A model generated the notes under the pieces. The model did no database searches. It was not told the DNA's origin and saw only the letters and a program-made list of their open reading frames with translations. DNA of 63,877 nt, filler included, from Collodictyon triciliatum (lineage: Eukaryota), in the NCBI GenBank assembly GCA_043381765.1. It is 12 parts of 12 records of this genome, joined end to end, with 100 filler letters (N's around TTAATTAATTAA, not from the genome) between each part and the next. Parts side by side here need not be neighbours in the genome. Positions count along the whole stretch, not along the records: positions 10,398 to 15,491 come from JBHJMP010005494.1; positions 15,592 to 25,777 come from JBHJMP010005495.1; positions 25,878 to 30,969 come from JBHJMP010005496.1; 9 more parts are not named here. One strand, 5' to 3'. Shown piece after piece: positions 13,401 through 26,673 of this stretch; the stretch's first letter is position 1; every line of letters begins with the position of its first letter. The position numbers were made by a program, and so were the translations under genes.

Positions 13401-14688
13401 AATAATATCAATAACAGCAATAACATGTAGTAAATAAAGGTATCAATAATAGAAAATTCAAGAATGTAACGAGGAAAAAGACGAGGCAGAATCTGTGTTA
13501 TTGTCTGTGGTATCCGGGGAAATATGTGCTGCATTGAAGTCAGATCGACAATCTTTAATTGAAATTATGAAGGATTCTATCATAATTTGTGTGCATGTAT
13601 CTACTGATGAGATAATTAGTCGCTATCAAGATTCTGCAGATATATTTGATGCGATATCTTGTAATTCAACTTCATTTGTTTTCAGTTTGCAAATACTTTT
13701 ATAAGGATATATTCCTTATACGCAGATATTCAACTATAGCATGCAACCTCATCAATTTAATAAATTGTCTTAGCTATATTTCGAGCTATGGAGGACATCT
13801 CCGGTATGTTCGGGATGGAATTGGTTAAAACAAATCAAGGTTCATGTACAGTAAGTTTTTCTATCGTTTATTGTCTAAAACATATGGCAGTTCGTAGGTT
13901 CCTATCGTGACCGATGTATATGTATGTGGCATAGATTGCAAACAGGTTAAGACCAGGTGCTGTTGCTGATAGTGGCTACGTATATGACTCAGTCCTTTGT
14001 TGCTTTCATGTGTGATTTTTTTTTAAAAAAAAAATCTAAAGAGAACTCCTGCAATATGATTCGTCCTGTTAATCAATTTAATTTTTTTTCCATTTATTCG
14101 CTTCTAAAAAATTAAACTTAAATTAATGAAAAGATCGTGGGTACCGTCTCAAGAAGCCTCCGTTCTTATGGTCTTGAAAACGTCTGCGTAAGGGTGGGTA
14201 TGGACATTGGTGATTGTATGAGTGGGTTTATAGGTGAGTGAGTGTATTAAATGGTATTTTATGTCGTGTGATATCCGGCCGAATCAGTGGTGCCTTTTCA
14301 TTATTATTATTATTATTATTTTCCTTTATTCGATTCAAAGTGCGGTGCCTTTTCATTTTGATGTAAATAGATAAAACTAAAGACGCCTTACTTTGGCAAT
14401 TAGGAAGCGCAGGGTTTGTATTCGATATTCTTGGCAAGCCTGGTGGGTTCATCTCCGAGCTACTTTCCCTTTCTTTCGCATTACTTGCACTTACCCATAT
14501 TTCGTCTTAAGTATCTTATAGAAATGCCAAGTAGGAAACAAAGAATGAAAGAATGAAAGAAAGAAACAAGAAAAAAGTGCACATGATTAACTTTGCTCAT
14601 AAATCCAACAGTGCACACCGCAAGCCGGCTCGCCTCCATCGTGCGAGATAGTGGCGTGATTGTATGCATCACACCTCCATCACACTGA
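10482..14688 (+). CDS. Membrane-bound class III nucleotidyl (adenylyl/guanylyl) cyclase-like protein, C1-TM-C2, 5' partial
   Basis: Domain 1: VSIGIGCGEVHGGIVNCKKRCFDIIGEG|LESAF...PGELVIDEK. Hydrophobic multi-TM block at 12431-13100. Domain 2 reconstructed across GT-AG introns: VRVGMDIGDCMSGFIG|SAGFVFDILGKP|VHTASRLAS. Exact 3' end uncertain. Confidence 0.72.
13299..13397 (-). mobile_element. Two tandem copies of the ultra-short stem-loop retroposon, with TSDs, in an intron
   Basis: T8-CCTTTACTCGATTCAAAG (13311-13336) and T8-CCTTTATTCGATTCAAAG (13357-13382), each flanked by (GAT)GGTGATGGTGAT duplications. Confidence 0.65.
14289..14357 (-). mobile_element. Ultra-short stem-loop retroposon with (AAT)n tail and 14-bp TSD
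   Basis: GGTGCCTTTTCATT at 14289-14302 and 14344-14357 flanks (ATT)n-TTCCTTTATTCGATTCAAAG. Confidence 0.72.
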
Positions 14689-15640
14689 TATCTCAGTTGG
14701 TATCTCAGCCATCCAACCCAGAATCACAGAATCCCCCGTCCGCAATGTAGGTTTCCAGCAGCATTCTACCGCGCCTACAAGCCCGACACGGCCTCTTCTT
14801 CCACCCGGTAACTGACAAAGGCTCGACCCTTGGTTTCCTCGTCCACCAGCAACTCGACCCTTGGCGCAACTTCCTCTCGGCTGTTGACTGGGCGCAAACT
14901 TCTCTTGAGGATGAAGAAGGCAGAGAACCCGCCACCCAACAAACAGCTCCTTGTCCTGCATAAACCTCCATCGCGTGAGCCAGCAGAGTTCCTTGTCCGC
15001 ATCCCTTATCTCCTCCACTTGCTTTCTTCCATCTCTCGTATCCAACCCGCCTCGTTTTTTAGCCACGTTGTTCGAGTCACCCCAGAGGCGATCGTGGAGT
15101 TCGACCCGGTGTGCTTTGTCCGCTTAAACCCAGTCTTGGAGGAGGGGCAGGACTCTCCCATTCTCCCCAGCCTCGGCTCCTTGCGCTTTTCTGCTCCGTA
15201 GACATAGACAACTCTCGGTCTGACTCTGTCTGTGGCTGATTTGTTCGCTCAAGGGGAACCGTTTACACAGGAAAAATAACCTTTGGTCTCTGCATGGCGG
15301 AGTGTGGCTGAGCTACACTCGAGCCGTATCCTTTCTTCACTTTTCTTTTGGTTGGTGGTTTTAATCGGTCGTAGGAATCTGGTGCGTGGACGAGAGAACG
15401 CTGTTCATGGCGCGGCGAGCTGCTTGTCTCTTGCTTCTTGGTGGTCTGTGTAAGCGGGAGAATATGCATGGGTGAGTAAGGCGATAGAGCANNNNNNNNN
15501 NNNNNNNNNNNNNNNNNNNNNNNNNNNNNNNNNNNTTAATTAATTAANNNNNNNNNNNNNNNNNNNNNNNNNNNNNNNNNNNNNNNNNNNNAAAAAAAAA
15601 AAAAAAAAAAGAAAAAAAGAAAAAAAGAAAAAAAGAAAAA

Positions 15641-15688
<48 letters not shown>

Positions 15689-16554
15689 AATGAAAGAAAG
15701 AAATGAAAGAAAGAAATGAAAGAAAAAAGAAAAAAGAAAAAAGAAAAAAGAAAAAAGAAAAAAAGAAAGAAAGAAAGAAAGAAAGGAAGGATGAAAAAAA
15801 TAAATAAATGAAAGAAAAAAGAAAAAGAAAAAAGAAAAAAGAAAAAAGAAAAAAGAAAAAAAGAAAGAAAGGGAGGATGAAAAAAATAAATAAATGAAAG
15901 AAAAAAGAAAATAGAAAATACGGAAAATACGGAAAATACAGGAAAAATGGATGAAAATGAAATCGAAAAAGAAAAAAGAGAGAGATAACGCAGCTGTTCA
16001 AGAGAGACAATTATCCCCACAACGGGCGATGGCAACAAACCCACGATCTGACTCACGGATTGTGCTTCGCCCAAACCTTTTGCGCCAGCGAATCCCACCA
16101 ACGGAACACTCCCGACAAGCAGAAGCGCGGGAAGGCAGCCAACCGACAACATAGCTCCAAGCCCAGATAAGGATTTTTCCACAATAAGATAATTCAATTA
16201 TGGAAAATATAATCATATTCATATAAAAATATTGCATTATCATATTAATCCTACTAGCTTATTATAATGAATGAAATATATACTATTAAAATTATATATA
16301 TCACCGGTATTCGGCAACACTATAATTAGAATCTGAGAGAAGCGCATGGCTTCATTCATCCCAAACACACCATCGCAAAGAGCCTGACATCCACAGACCG
16401 CGAGCAAAAAACAGAGGGCTTTGAAAGCCGGGAAAAGAACGGGACGCACAAGAAGCAGGCGCGTTGGGTCAATTGCAGCGGTGACTGACGCAACAGAGTA
16501 GGGAGCAAGAAGCCGGGAAATCTGCTGCGGGCAAAGGCAGGCGCAGAGAAGGCG

Positions 16555-19500
16555 ATGGGGAATCGGGTTTCGCAGACGCGGCTCAGCCGACGAGAGTCGC
16601 GGGTGTCTGTCTTTGGGGACTATGGGGCAGAAGCCTTGTCGCAGTCCTTTGCACAGCGCATCACGCAGCACAGGATTCGGTCTCTGGACGAGTCTTCTCG
16701 AAAGCGTCGCGTCATTCGTGTTGCCCTGTCCAGTAGTTTCAGCCAGCTCCCGCATGAGAAGCGTCATTTCGTGTCTGTTGTGCAACCAAGGTATTTCCTC
16801 CTTTTGTTATCCCTTTTCTTTTTTCTTTTTCTTTTTTTCTTTTTTTCTTTCCCTTTTCTTTTTTTCTTTTTTCTTTTTCTTTTTTTCTTTTTCTTTTTTC
16901 TTTTTCTTTTCTTTTCCTTTCTTTTCTTTTCATTTTCTTTTCATTTTCATTTTCTTTTTCTTTTTTCATTTCTTTTCTTTTCTTTTTCTTTTCTTTTTCT
17001 TTGTATTATTAATATCATTTCTTCCCTTTCTTGTCTCATGAACATTACATTAAGGTTAATCAAATACGCTGAGGATTGCGGATGGTCAATCACATTTATT
17101 GAATTTGATTTGAAGTCTATGATTGAACGTGAATATGCATTGAACGTAATGTTAGCTCGAAGCCATCTTATAACAATATCGTTTAAAATGATACAAGGCT
17201 TAGAATTTCTTATCAAACGTGCTTCTATGCTAGTGTTTGATTACGTGTTTTTTTTTTTTTTTGTTTTGTTGTTGCTAAGATCGAGCTAATCTAGGATATT
17301 CTTGTAGGGTGCTAGTGAAAATACATCGATACTTCTAATATTTGACTATTATATATGCGTGATTGGTGGGAGGTGGAATCTGAAATCTGAAATCTGAAAT
17401 CTGAACCTTTTTCTTATTAAAAACGTATATTTATTCTCATGTAACATCTGTGCTTATGTTGTTAAAATATTTACTTTTCTTTAAAATACAAAGGTGGTCA
17501 GCAGACGAGTTTCGTTTTAACGCATTCGATGAAGCTTTGCTTCAGGGTATATCTTGGATATCAGATTTTAATGGGAGAAGTTATGATGAATTAGAGGTTC
17601 TGTATGCTACATACAGTCACTTTTTTGAATAAGTGTTCCTATAATTACGTTAAAAAAATTACTCATAGATTTCATTTAAATTGTGGATGTCGAATAAAAT
17701 CTTATCATATTCATCCAGATTCGTCTATGCAGTCTCTCAAGTAATCAGTATATATCTAGAGTGTTCTTTTATTTTCAAAGCCCAGACCTCAGCATATTCT
17801 CGACTGATAACAAGTCCATGAGCGAGCAGCAGGTCTTCAAACAACAAATGAACACCTTATGACAAATTTTAGCAACTCTCTGTACTTATCAGTTATCTTC
17901 TTAAAATAAGCGCATCTACTTGAGGAAAGTAAAAGGAGAGATCGAAAAGAACTTCACACCGTATTACTTTGAAAACGCGATCAGTTTAGGAGAGAAAATA
18001 TTCTCAGACATGCAGGAGGAACTTGAATCCGATTTTATACCTGATCAGAACGGAACTGTCAGTTTAATTTTAATCGGAATTATTATTGCTATTTTGGTTT
18101 TTACTATTATTTGCGTATTTAATTTATGTAACAAAATAAAATCTTACAAAGGACTTTAAAGAAATGTGTGAATACCATGAATGGATTGCTCTAAGATTGC
18201 AGACATCTAACGAAGATAGAGGACATGAGATTCGAACATTGATGGAAAAGGTCATTCACTAAAATCTGAAGAAATTTATATATTAGCTTTTAAATTAAGT
18301 GCGACGATGTTGCAAGTAAAACGTCATGATAATATCGTTTTGACATATAGAAGAATATTGCCAATCAATTTAATAGTTGCTTCGTTCTTTTCACCTTTAA
18401 TCGATTCAAATATTTAATGAATTTTTTATATTAGTTAAATTACAATTCGATACGCGAGCATACACCTATAGTCTTGGTCGGTCCATCAGGTTTATTAAAA
18501 TAATAAAATGCCATTTAAAAGATAGTTCGATGTAGGCTATTTTTTGTTTACCATATTTTAACATTATAGCCTATATTCAAAATTTTAAATCTGTACAGGA
18601 GTTGGAAAATCATCCATGATTTCTTGTGCATATAAACGTATGGGCGAGATAGATAATTTTGTATGCGGTGTATTTTTTGTAGGGTACTCGAAAAGAAAAG
18701 ACAACAGACACAGGTTTTTGTTTTATTTTTTGGCTTCAGATATGCTTTCGCTATTGAGTTCATTCTCTGCTAGAATATTCTTATAATTTTTTCCCTTAAT
18801 TTGATTCCAGGGAGAGTATTATTATAATAGTAACTTCAAAAAAAAAACAAATGACAGAAACATAACATATGAATGTTTTAAATAGCGTCATGGAGAGTCT
18901 ATATATTAGTATCTGCAAAAAATTGGATATCCTTAAAAAACGTGCCTCACCACAGCCATTTGGTAAGAACCAACGCGTGATGTGCCCTTCCTGGACCATA
19001 AATACCAACCGAATTTTTCTATTATTTCTTTCAATTATTTGCAAGGTGGTGGGGATGTTGGCTTTTGTTAAATACCAACCGATATATTTTATTTTTAAGC
19101 TCATGTATATAATTAATATAGTGGAGACTGTACAGAGACAAGGATTCAGAGCTTTTTTGAATTTGGCTGCAAGCAAAAGATATAGGTATATACACTTTAT
19201 TTTTGTTTGTGCCAGTGTGTTTAATTTTTTTTAAATTTTAGCCTTTTACATATATTCCTGTTTAGTATAAAGCATTCCATCTATCATTGATCAAATGTAA
19301 TTTTTTCGATTTGAAGATAAAAATGCAAATATTTTGCATTAAATAAACTGCCAATTAGGGGCAAAAATATATGTCTATTCATAGATTCAGCTGACCAGCT
19401 AATCTCGACGACAGACTTGAATTCATACGATAAACTAGACTGGATTAGTGAAACACTGCCAGAAAATTTACATGTCATTTTTTCCATGGAATCATGCACG

Positions 19501-22500
19501 CGTCTGGGGACCCGTGATATACATCTTGCAAAGGTTATTGCCACGAATCGATGAAAGAAACCCCCCTTATTATTTATGTATTGATAAATTCTCCACCATT
19601 TCTTCATTTCAAAGCAACCAGCGAGTCATGAGTGGGACATACTTTCCATTTCCATGCCGGATTCTTCTCTCCAAATGTCTTTGATAAAGAAACAGCTTGA
19701 TGGATGTCGCCCTGCGTGGGAGTTAGTATCAACAACCATGGAGAGGCAAAAACTTAGTGGTATGGAAAACTCTGCATTTTATCATGAACATGATAATCAT
19801 GACTACTCATACTCAATTCTGGAGTTAGCGAAAACACTTATTATACTTTATGTAGCTGGGCCGATAGCTTACCAAGTAATGGCGGGCCATATAAGAAATT
19901 CTATTGAAGTTAATGGAGAATGTAATATATCTGGGATTACAAGCATGCAGAAAACAGCTGAGTTTATGGAGCATACACTTGAGCACTTTTGGATAGTAAA
20001 TTATGGTATGCATTCATTTTATGTCACATTTTATCCCTCAACAGATCGAGCTATAATGCTTTACGTATAATTGAGATGCAATCAAAATCATGTGAACGCA
20101 ATCAAGGAAAATATGTTGTACAAGCTACGTTGTCGTTATTTGCCTTTTCAAGATTTGGAATAAAAGAGTCTGATGTTAAATACATCGTTCTTTCATCCAA
20201 AGTTGGATTATCAAGCAAGGTTGATTGGTATGCCCCTTCTTTTCCTCTTTTTGAATTAATTTTATTTTGATTTTTCCATTATTTGATTCAAAAGAAATAA
20301 ATTTTATTTGCTGCTCTATCGATGATGTAACTAAAATTGAGGAAGATACGATACATAAGAGTTTATTAAAAAATTTTTATTCCATCTCATACTGAAGAAT
20401 GTATTTATCATAGGGAGCATTTCTTCCCTAGATTATGCAACACGTTTCTGGTCTGTGTTTTTGGAAGGTCAGTTGTTTTTTATCTCCTTATTTTATATTT
20501 TTTTTTCGTCTGCCAACTTATATTTCTATTCACCAGTCGCTTGAATGAGTTGAATGATTTCTGCTGTTTTTCTTATTCCTTGTATCTTGTTCCTTGTTCC
20601 TTGTTCCTTGTTCCTTGTTCCTTGTTCCTTGTTCCTTGTTCCTTGTTCCTTGTTCCTTGTTCCTTGTTCCTTGTTCCTTGTTCCNNNNNNNNNNNNNNNN
20701 NNNNNNNNNNNNNNNNNNNNNNNNNNNNNTCTTTGTTCTTTGTTCTTTGTTCTTTGTTCTTTGTTCTTTGTTCTTTGTTCTTTGTTCTTTGTTCTTTGTT
20801 CTTTGTTCTTTGTTCTTTGTTCTTTGTTCCTTGTTCTTTGTTCCTTGTCCCTTATCCCTTATCCCTTATCCCTTATCCCTTATCCCCCATTTTTCCCTAC
20901 CAAAAAAAAGTACGGATTAATTTCGGCCTCATATATAAGGTCTCTATTGTTTTGTGAATAAACTTGGTTGCGTAATTATTCATCTTGTACTCATAACTAG
21001 GTATCGAATTCGTAATCGAGATATCGAGTGCGTCCTTCGACAAATATTTTGGAAGGCGCTATCGAGCAGATCAGAGTTATTTATTTTACATGCAGAATTT
21101 ATGCAAATGTTGCATACACAATCAAACTATGAAGAGGCTTCGGCTGAAGCATGCCATGGCTTTCTCAGATTATTAGCCCATCATGAACTTATTAGTCTTT
21201 TAAGGAATGATGATGTAAGCATCTATTATGTTTGAAATGGAAACAAAAATGATTGCGCTATAGTTTAAGAAAAAATAAACAATTACGGATTTCACTCAAT
21301 TTACTCATTTGGTATCCATATACTCAGGTTATCTTAGATTTATTGTCCAATTTTCGGTGCGATTTTGATTTTTTCTGGGCAGAGCTATCCAAGCATGGAT
21401 ATGACCAGTTGTCTACTTATAGGAATCATATCACTGTTCGTCTTACTTCTTTTTTCTTGTCATGCTTTTCTTTTTACTCATATAATTCAGTTATTATCCT
21501 GAGAAGTTGAAAGCAATTATTGCATGCGGGTTGAGGCTTATTACTAGAAAAATTTTATGCTCCTTAGTCCATATTTTCCAAACATGTGCAGTATGAATAA
21601 ACGTTAAGCTTATTTATATGGGTTTGCTTATTATTCACGAAAAGACGAAGGGCAATGCCTCAGATGAGCTTATAAGTTATTTTCGTGAAATTGGAGAGAT
21701 AGACTGCCTGGGTCATGCATTAGAGGAAAGAATTGCCATCTCGTCCACTGATGGTTAGTGTTCTAAATGATATATTTTCTTTTCCTAATTAGTAACTCTT
21801 CACATATAAACCCAAAACAGTCTGCCCTCGGTGACTTAAATCACTATTTACTAGAGTCAAAGGCTGGAGACTACCATCTCTTAGCCTCTCTTCGGGAAGA
21901 GGCGAGAAGATACGAAGATGCGATAATACTCCTCAAAAAGAATGTCAAATGTTTGAACAAGTCGATGAATTCTACACTCAAAATTATGCGAGTACCGAAC
22001 CCAGAAACCGCAAAAACCTATACTCGTTTGGCAGCTGTCTACCAAAAAATAAAAAAGTGATTTATTTATTTGCTTTGCGTGTACATATGCATCCTTTACA
22101 TTTATGAAATAGTTCTGTATAATGTCGTCCTTTTTTTCAAAAAAAACAAACAGTCATATTCACGCTTCTAAAAAAACCCCATATCCGTTTATAGTTTCGA
22201 AAAAGCTCAAAAATATTATGAAAAATCCATCAAGCTAAAGATTAAGCAGTCCGGAGAAGTGCACCACGAATTGATGGACGATTATGAGGGATTATCATCG
22301 ATTATGGATGCTATGGGAAGGTAGTGTCATTGTGTTTTTTTGTTTAAAAGAGAAAAAACAAAGAAAAATATTTTTCATCATGGGCGGTACTGTTCAAAAA
22401 ATCCACTCAATTCATTTAGAAAATATGAATCTGAACAATATTTGGAGAAAAGCTTGCAAATAGCGCTTCTCACATATGGTGCATCCCACCCTAAAGTGGC

Positions 22501-23149
22501 TAATTATTATGAAAAATTAATACCTTTGTATGCATATCAGAGAAAGTAATGTATTTATTCTTTATTACTTATTCTTTATTACCTATTATCCGATACCTTC
22601 AGTCTTGTGAACTTGCATGGGCATAGAAGGATAAAGCTGAACTCTTGCTTAGATACTTAAAGGCAATCGAATACGGGTCGAAATGGGCTGGGGTTCTAAA
22701 GTCAGAATTCGGAGAATGGCACGAAGAGACAGCGAAATCATACATTCTCCTTGGTACAGTGCATGAAGATAATGGAGGGTAATGCTTCAAGTGTGCATTC
22801 TTTGGTTTTATTTTATTTTTGTAAACTCTCCTTAATACCATTGTATTTTCATACTTCAGTACAAGCACAACAGTAACTTAGAATTTAAAAAACTTCCAAC
22901 CTCGCAATTAGTATCGAAGATGCTTTAATCAAGTTCAACGAAGCTCTTGTTATACAAAAAAGACTTTATGGAGCAAGACACCCAGATATTGGAAGCACAT
23001 ATTATCATCTGGCACACAACTTAGAAAGGCAAAGGCTCGACCGAGATGCACACGTCTATTACGAACTAGCCTATTCGATTCTCTCAGAGTTTAGGTCTAC
23101 ACATCCGCTTACATCTCAGGCACAGAAAGGATGGGAAAGGACAAGATAA
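16555..23149 (+). CDS. NPHP3/TTC41-like STAND NTPase: N-terminal DUF4062-like domain, NACHT-like P-loop, C-terminal TPRs; multi-exon
   Basis: MG start; IRVALSSSFSQLPHEKRHFVSVVQPR|LIKYAEDCG (DUF4062-like); GRSYDELEVLYA; Walker A IVLVGPSG|VGKSS split by intron 18490-18598; Walker B CLFIDSADQL then LDWISETLPENLHVIFS. KLC-type TPRs YGASHPKVA, FGEWHEETAKSY, YGARHPDIGSTY. Stop TAA at 23147-23149. Confidence 0.82.
20586..20886. repeat. Intronic heptamer satellite (CTTGTTC)n > (TTTGTTC)n > (CTTATCC)n, spanning a scaffold gap
   Basis: Direct inspection. Confidence 0.92.
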
Positions 23150-23605
23150 AATAATAAAATAGAATACACCACAATTTCATAATATGTATTCCATGTATCT
23201 GCTTGTCTTTGTTGTCTAAACGCTAATCACGCTTCGACAAAGTTTGGCCTGGCATAAAATTGTACTTGCTTTGCATACACGATTGCGTCATTTCGTCTGT
23301 GGACACTCATTTATTAATACCCTTTAATCAACGAGTAAATAGGGCATCAAGTTATAGAATGACACCAAAAAAAAAAACTCGAGAAAAAAAAGAATTTGCA
23401 GACTTTCTATTTTTCTATCATTCTGAATGATATTATTTTATTCTATATACCTAGAATAAATAAATATCACTGAATGCCATATGCACTCCATTCGACGAAA
23501 CTGATATCCTAGAAAAATTGGAAATTTTAGAATTTTTTTTATAAAAATGAAACCCTTTAACTTCGGGAGTTTGTAAGAAAAGGTATTTCGAGGATTCTTT
23601 TGTCA

Positions 23606-25477
23606 ATGGATGTGAAGAAAAAGGACATAAATGATTGCGTGGGACCCTCCAAAAAATGTGGTAATGAAGGAATCCACCATTTATACGGTTAACTCCGACA
23701 TATTGAATAGTCCTACACTAAACATATAACTTAAGAAAGGTGCACTGTCTAAATAATCAAGCGAGCCTGCCTGCTTTCATCGACACATTGACTGGTTAAC
23801 CCATGATTTTTGAATATCCTAGATAACTCAAAAGGAAATGAAGGGACATCTGAACAGAACATCGATGAGTGCGAACACGAAGATAATCCGATGAAAGTCA
23901 CTCTCCTGGACAAAATCATGTAAATTAAGCAAATCATTCTTGTATCAGGACAAAAAAAAACGGTATAACGCCTCAACTGCAGTTATTAATTATAGCAACA
24001 ATCTTATTCTTATTCTTTTTTATGGGAAAAATCGATATAGATTGCATCAGATTTACTTCAGTCAGGTGAAAGAGGAAGAGATATTGTCCCTCAACTTGGA
24101 AGGTTCCTCTGTACTCCATGTTGCTTGTTATCATGGGTACATTTCCATCTGCCGGTCACTCCTCAACCCTGATAATGCAAACTCCACTGATTTTTATGGT
24201 AGATGTAAAATAAATTTATATAAAAAAAACGAGAGCTGTATGATATCTAGAGTTTAAAATAAATCATCATATGAATGTTTTTTTTCTTTATTCGATTCAA
24301 GGGAAGGAAGGGGTTTTATATTTTTTTTAATCACCGCATGAATGTTATTCCCTTTATTCGATTCCAAGTGAAGAATACTATAAATATAACATATTATGTG
24401 GGATAGTTTGTTATAAAAAGAGAACTAATTTACTGTTGTATTCATTATGTAATCGTAATTAAAATATTCATTGGCACAGGGAACAGCCCTCTCCATTTGG
24501 CGTGCATGAATGGGCATATAGATATTGTCTCTTACATCCTCTCGACATGCCTAGTCAAATTAAATCTCCAGAACAGAGAAGGAAGGACACCAGTCCATTA
24601 TGCATCAGTGCATGAAAATGATTCGATGATTTCGACTCTTTTGCGCGCAGGGTTTAGGTGGTAACCATATTGTATGAATTTCCATGACTATTTTCTTATC
24701 ATAAATTCTCTTCAGCTTATTTGTATCCGACAAACAAGGGGACACGCCCCTTCATATTGCATCGAGATTTAATTCTGTAAGCTTCGATAAGCATATGGCA
24801 ATGCGCTATGTTATTTTTTCTCGAAAAACATGAAAAAAATATGAGTATTACTCATTATATGGGCACTCCTTAAAGAAATCCTGGACAATTTGAACTCACA
24901 GAATCGGGGTTGTATGTATATTTTGTAGGCGTCGGTTGTGAAGGTTATAGGAGCTGCGTATCGTGGTTCATACCATTTGAATTGTAAGAACAATAAGGGA
25001 TTCACTGCACTTCATGAGGCTGTTGATTTGCTGGCAAAAGGGATGGAATCATCCAAAGTGATTACCATGCTTGTTGAATTTGGTTGTGACCCTTATGTTC
25101 TTGGTATGTGAGCTCTTGTTCTGATTGTAGTTTCGATTTATGAAAAGGATGTACTTTACCAAAGATATTTTGATACAACACAGCTATCAAGTTTGAAAAG
25201 AACTTTTAAAAAAGAACTTACAAGGCCCCCAACACAAACGTTATCTTTTCTTTTTTTTAAAAAAAAAGTAATAATCTGGCAATAAAGTTGTGACATTAAA
25301 CAAAATGACCAGATGAATCCAATCAAATAAGCCCATTATCCATGATTGTACATCTTGGGAATGAAACATTGCTATGGGAAATGTTATCTAATAACAATCA
25401 GAAGCACTTTTATCCCAATCATACCAATGGAGAGAAGTGCACATCTCTACTTCATGTTGCTGCTTCGCATGGTCATG
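23606..25477 (+). CDS. Ankyrin-repeat protein, multi-exon, 3' partial
   Basis: GSSVLHVACYHGY; GNSPLHLACMNGHIDIVSYIL; GRTPVHYAS; GDTPLHIASRFN; GFTALHEAV; LLHVAASHGH. Start codon tentative. Confidence 0.88.
24271..24368 (-). mobile_element. Two further copies of the ultra-short stem-loop element, in an ankyrin-gene intron
   Basis: T-run+CTTTATTCGATTCAAG (24286-24301) and CCCTTTATTCGATTCCAAG (24350-24368), each preceded by ATGAATGTT. Confidence 0.5.
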
Positions 25478-25681
25478 GTAAGGAGATGAGCTATATTATA
25501 AACCATAATATGTCTACATATGAGATATTGGCTATATAAACCGCTCTCGACACAGTGTAACGTATTATTTATTTATTTATTATTTATTATTTATTATTTA
25601 TTATTTATTATTATTTATTATTATGATTTATGATTTATGATTTATTATTTATGATTTATTATTTATGATTTATTATTTATG

Positions 25682-25775
<94 letters not shown>

Positions 25776-26673
25776 TTNNNNNNNNNNNNNNNNNNNNNNN
25801 NNNNNNNNNNNNNNNNNNNNNTTAATTAATTAANNNNNNNNNNNNNNNNNNNNNNNNNNNNNNNNNNNNNNNNNNNNCTTTCCCTCAGGAAAACGACGGA
25901 CAGGAAACCAATATCCCGAAAGAAAAACACATAAATCTCACCGCGTAGTGTCCCTAGAAGCCGTCCCCGCGATGCGCATCGCTCGCTGCCAATCATTAAT
26001 ATACTTTTTTTTTTTTTTGAGTATGTCATGATGCCGGGCAGAGTATCTTGATAGCACCATCGTACCAAGGGCGCCACTTACTCGCCTGCTTCACAGCCAG
26101 CCGGGAGAAGCAAAACAGAAGCAGCCTGACTTGCGGCTGAGGATTCACTAGTTTTTACTGCATCTTATGAGCCGACTGCCGTGCGGCTGGAACTTCCAAT
26201 AAGTGTCATGCCGACCAACCACACGAGGACTCGCCCGTATGGCAATGGCTGCGTAATGATACCCAGAGCGTTTGGTGGGTGTTGGGGCATAGAGTTAGGT
26301 TTCGAACCAGCCGTTTTGACATACTCATATTTTTACCTCCGCTTTTGTGAGCTCCCTTCTCTTCTGTTTTTTATTTGTTCTGCCAGTGTGTGTCTATCTT
26401 TAACCCTGTCTGTCTGGTGCGATTGATACAACAACCAAACACAGTTACCTCACAAAGGAAATAGGTTCAGCTACCTGCGGGTATTAAATCATGTGGAAAA
26501 AACATTTATTTATTTACTTGCTCTCTTTCCCCACTGCCTTGTGTTGCTGCCCCCTGTGTGTCTTTGGATCACTCATCTTATGAAAAGAATGCTGCCGTCA
26601 TTAAGGCTAAACTGGCGTAAAGGTAGTCCGATCCAGTTCTTTTACTTAAATCCCAAATATTGCCAGGTTGGAG

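Noticed and set aside
15540-17289. Long F/L/S- or K/E/R-rich ORFs here and at 27610-28086, 42316-42667, 52352-53546 and 56698-57308
   Set aside because: Translations of simple repeats in introns or intergenic DNA. Only the embedded true exons were kept.
20855-20886. (CCCTTAT)n as a telomeric repeat
   Set aside because: Only a few units, intronic, and clearly derived from the adjacent heptamer satellite.
26290-26315. GGTTCGAAACC (minus strand), a tRNA T-loop/B-box-like sequence
   Set aside because: No T-stem pairing or cloverleaf.
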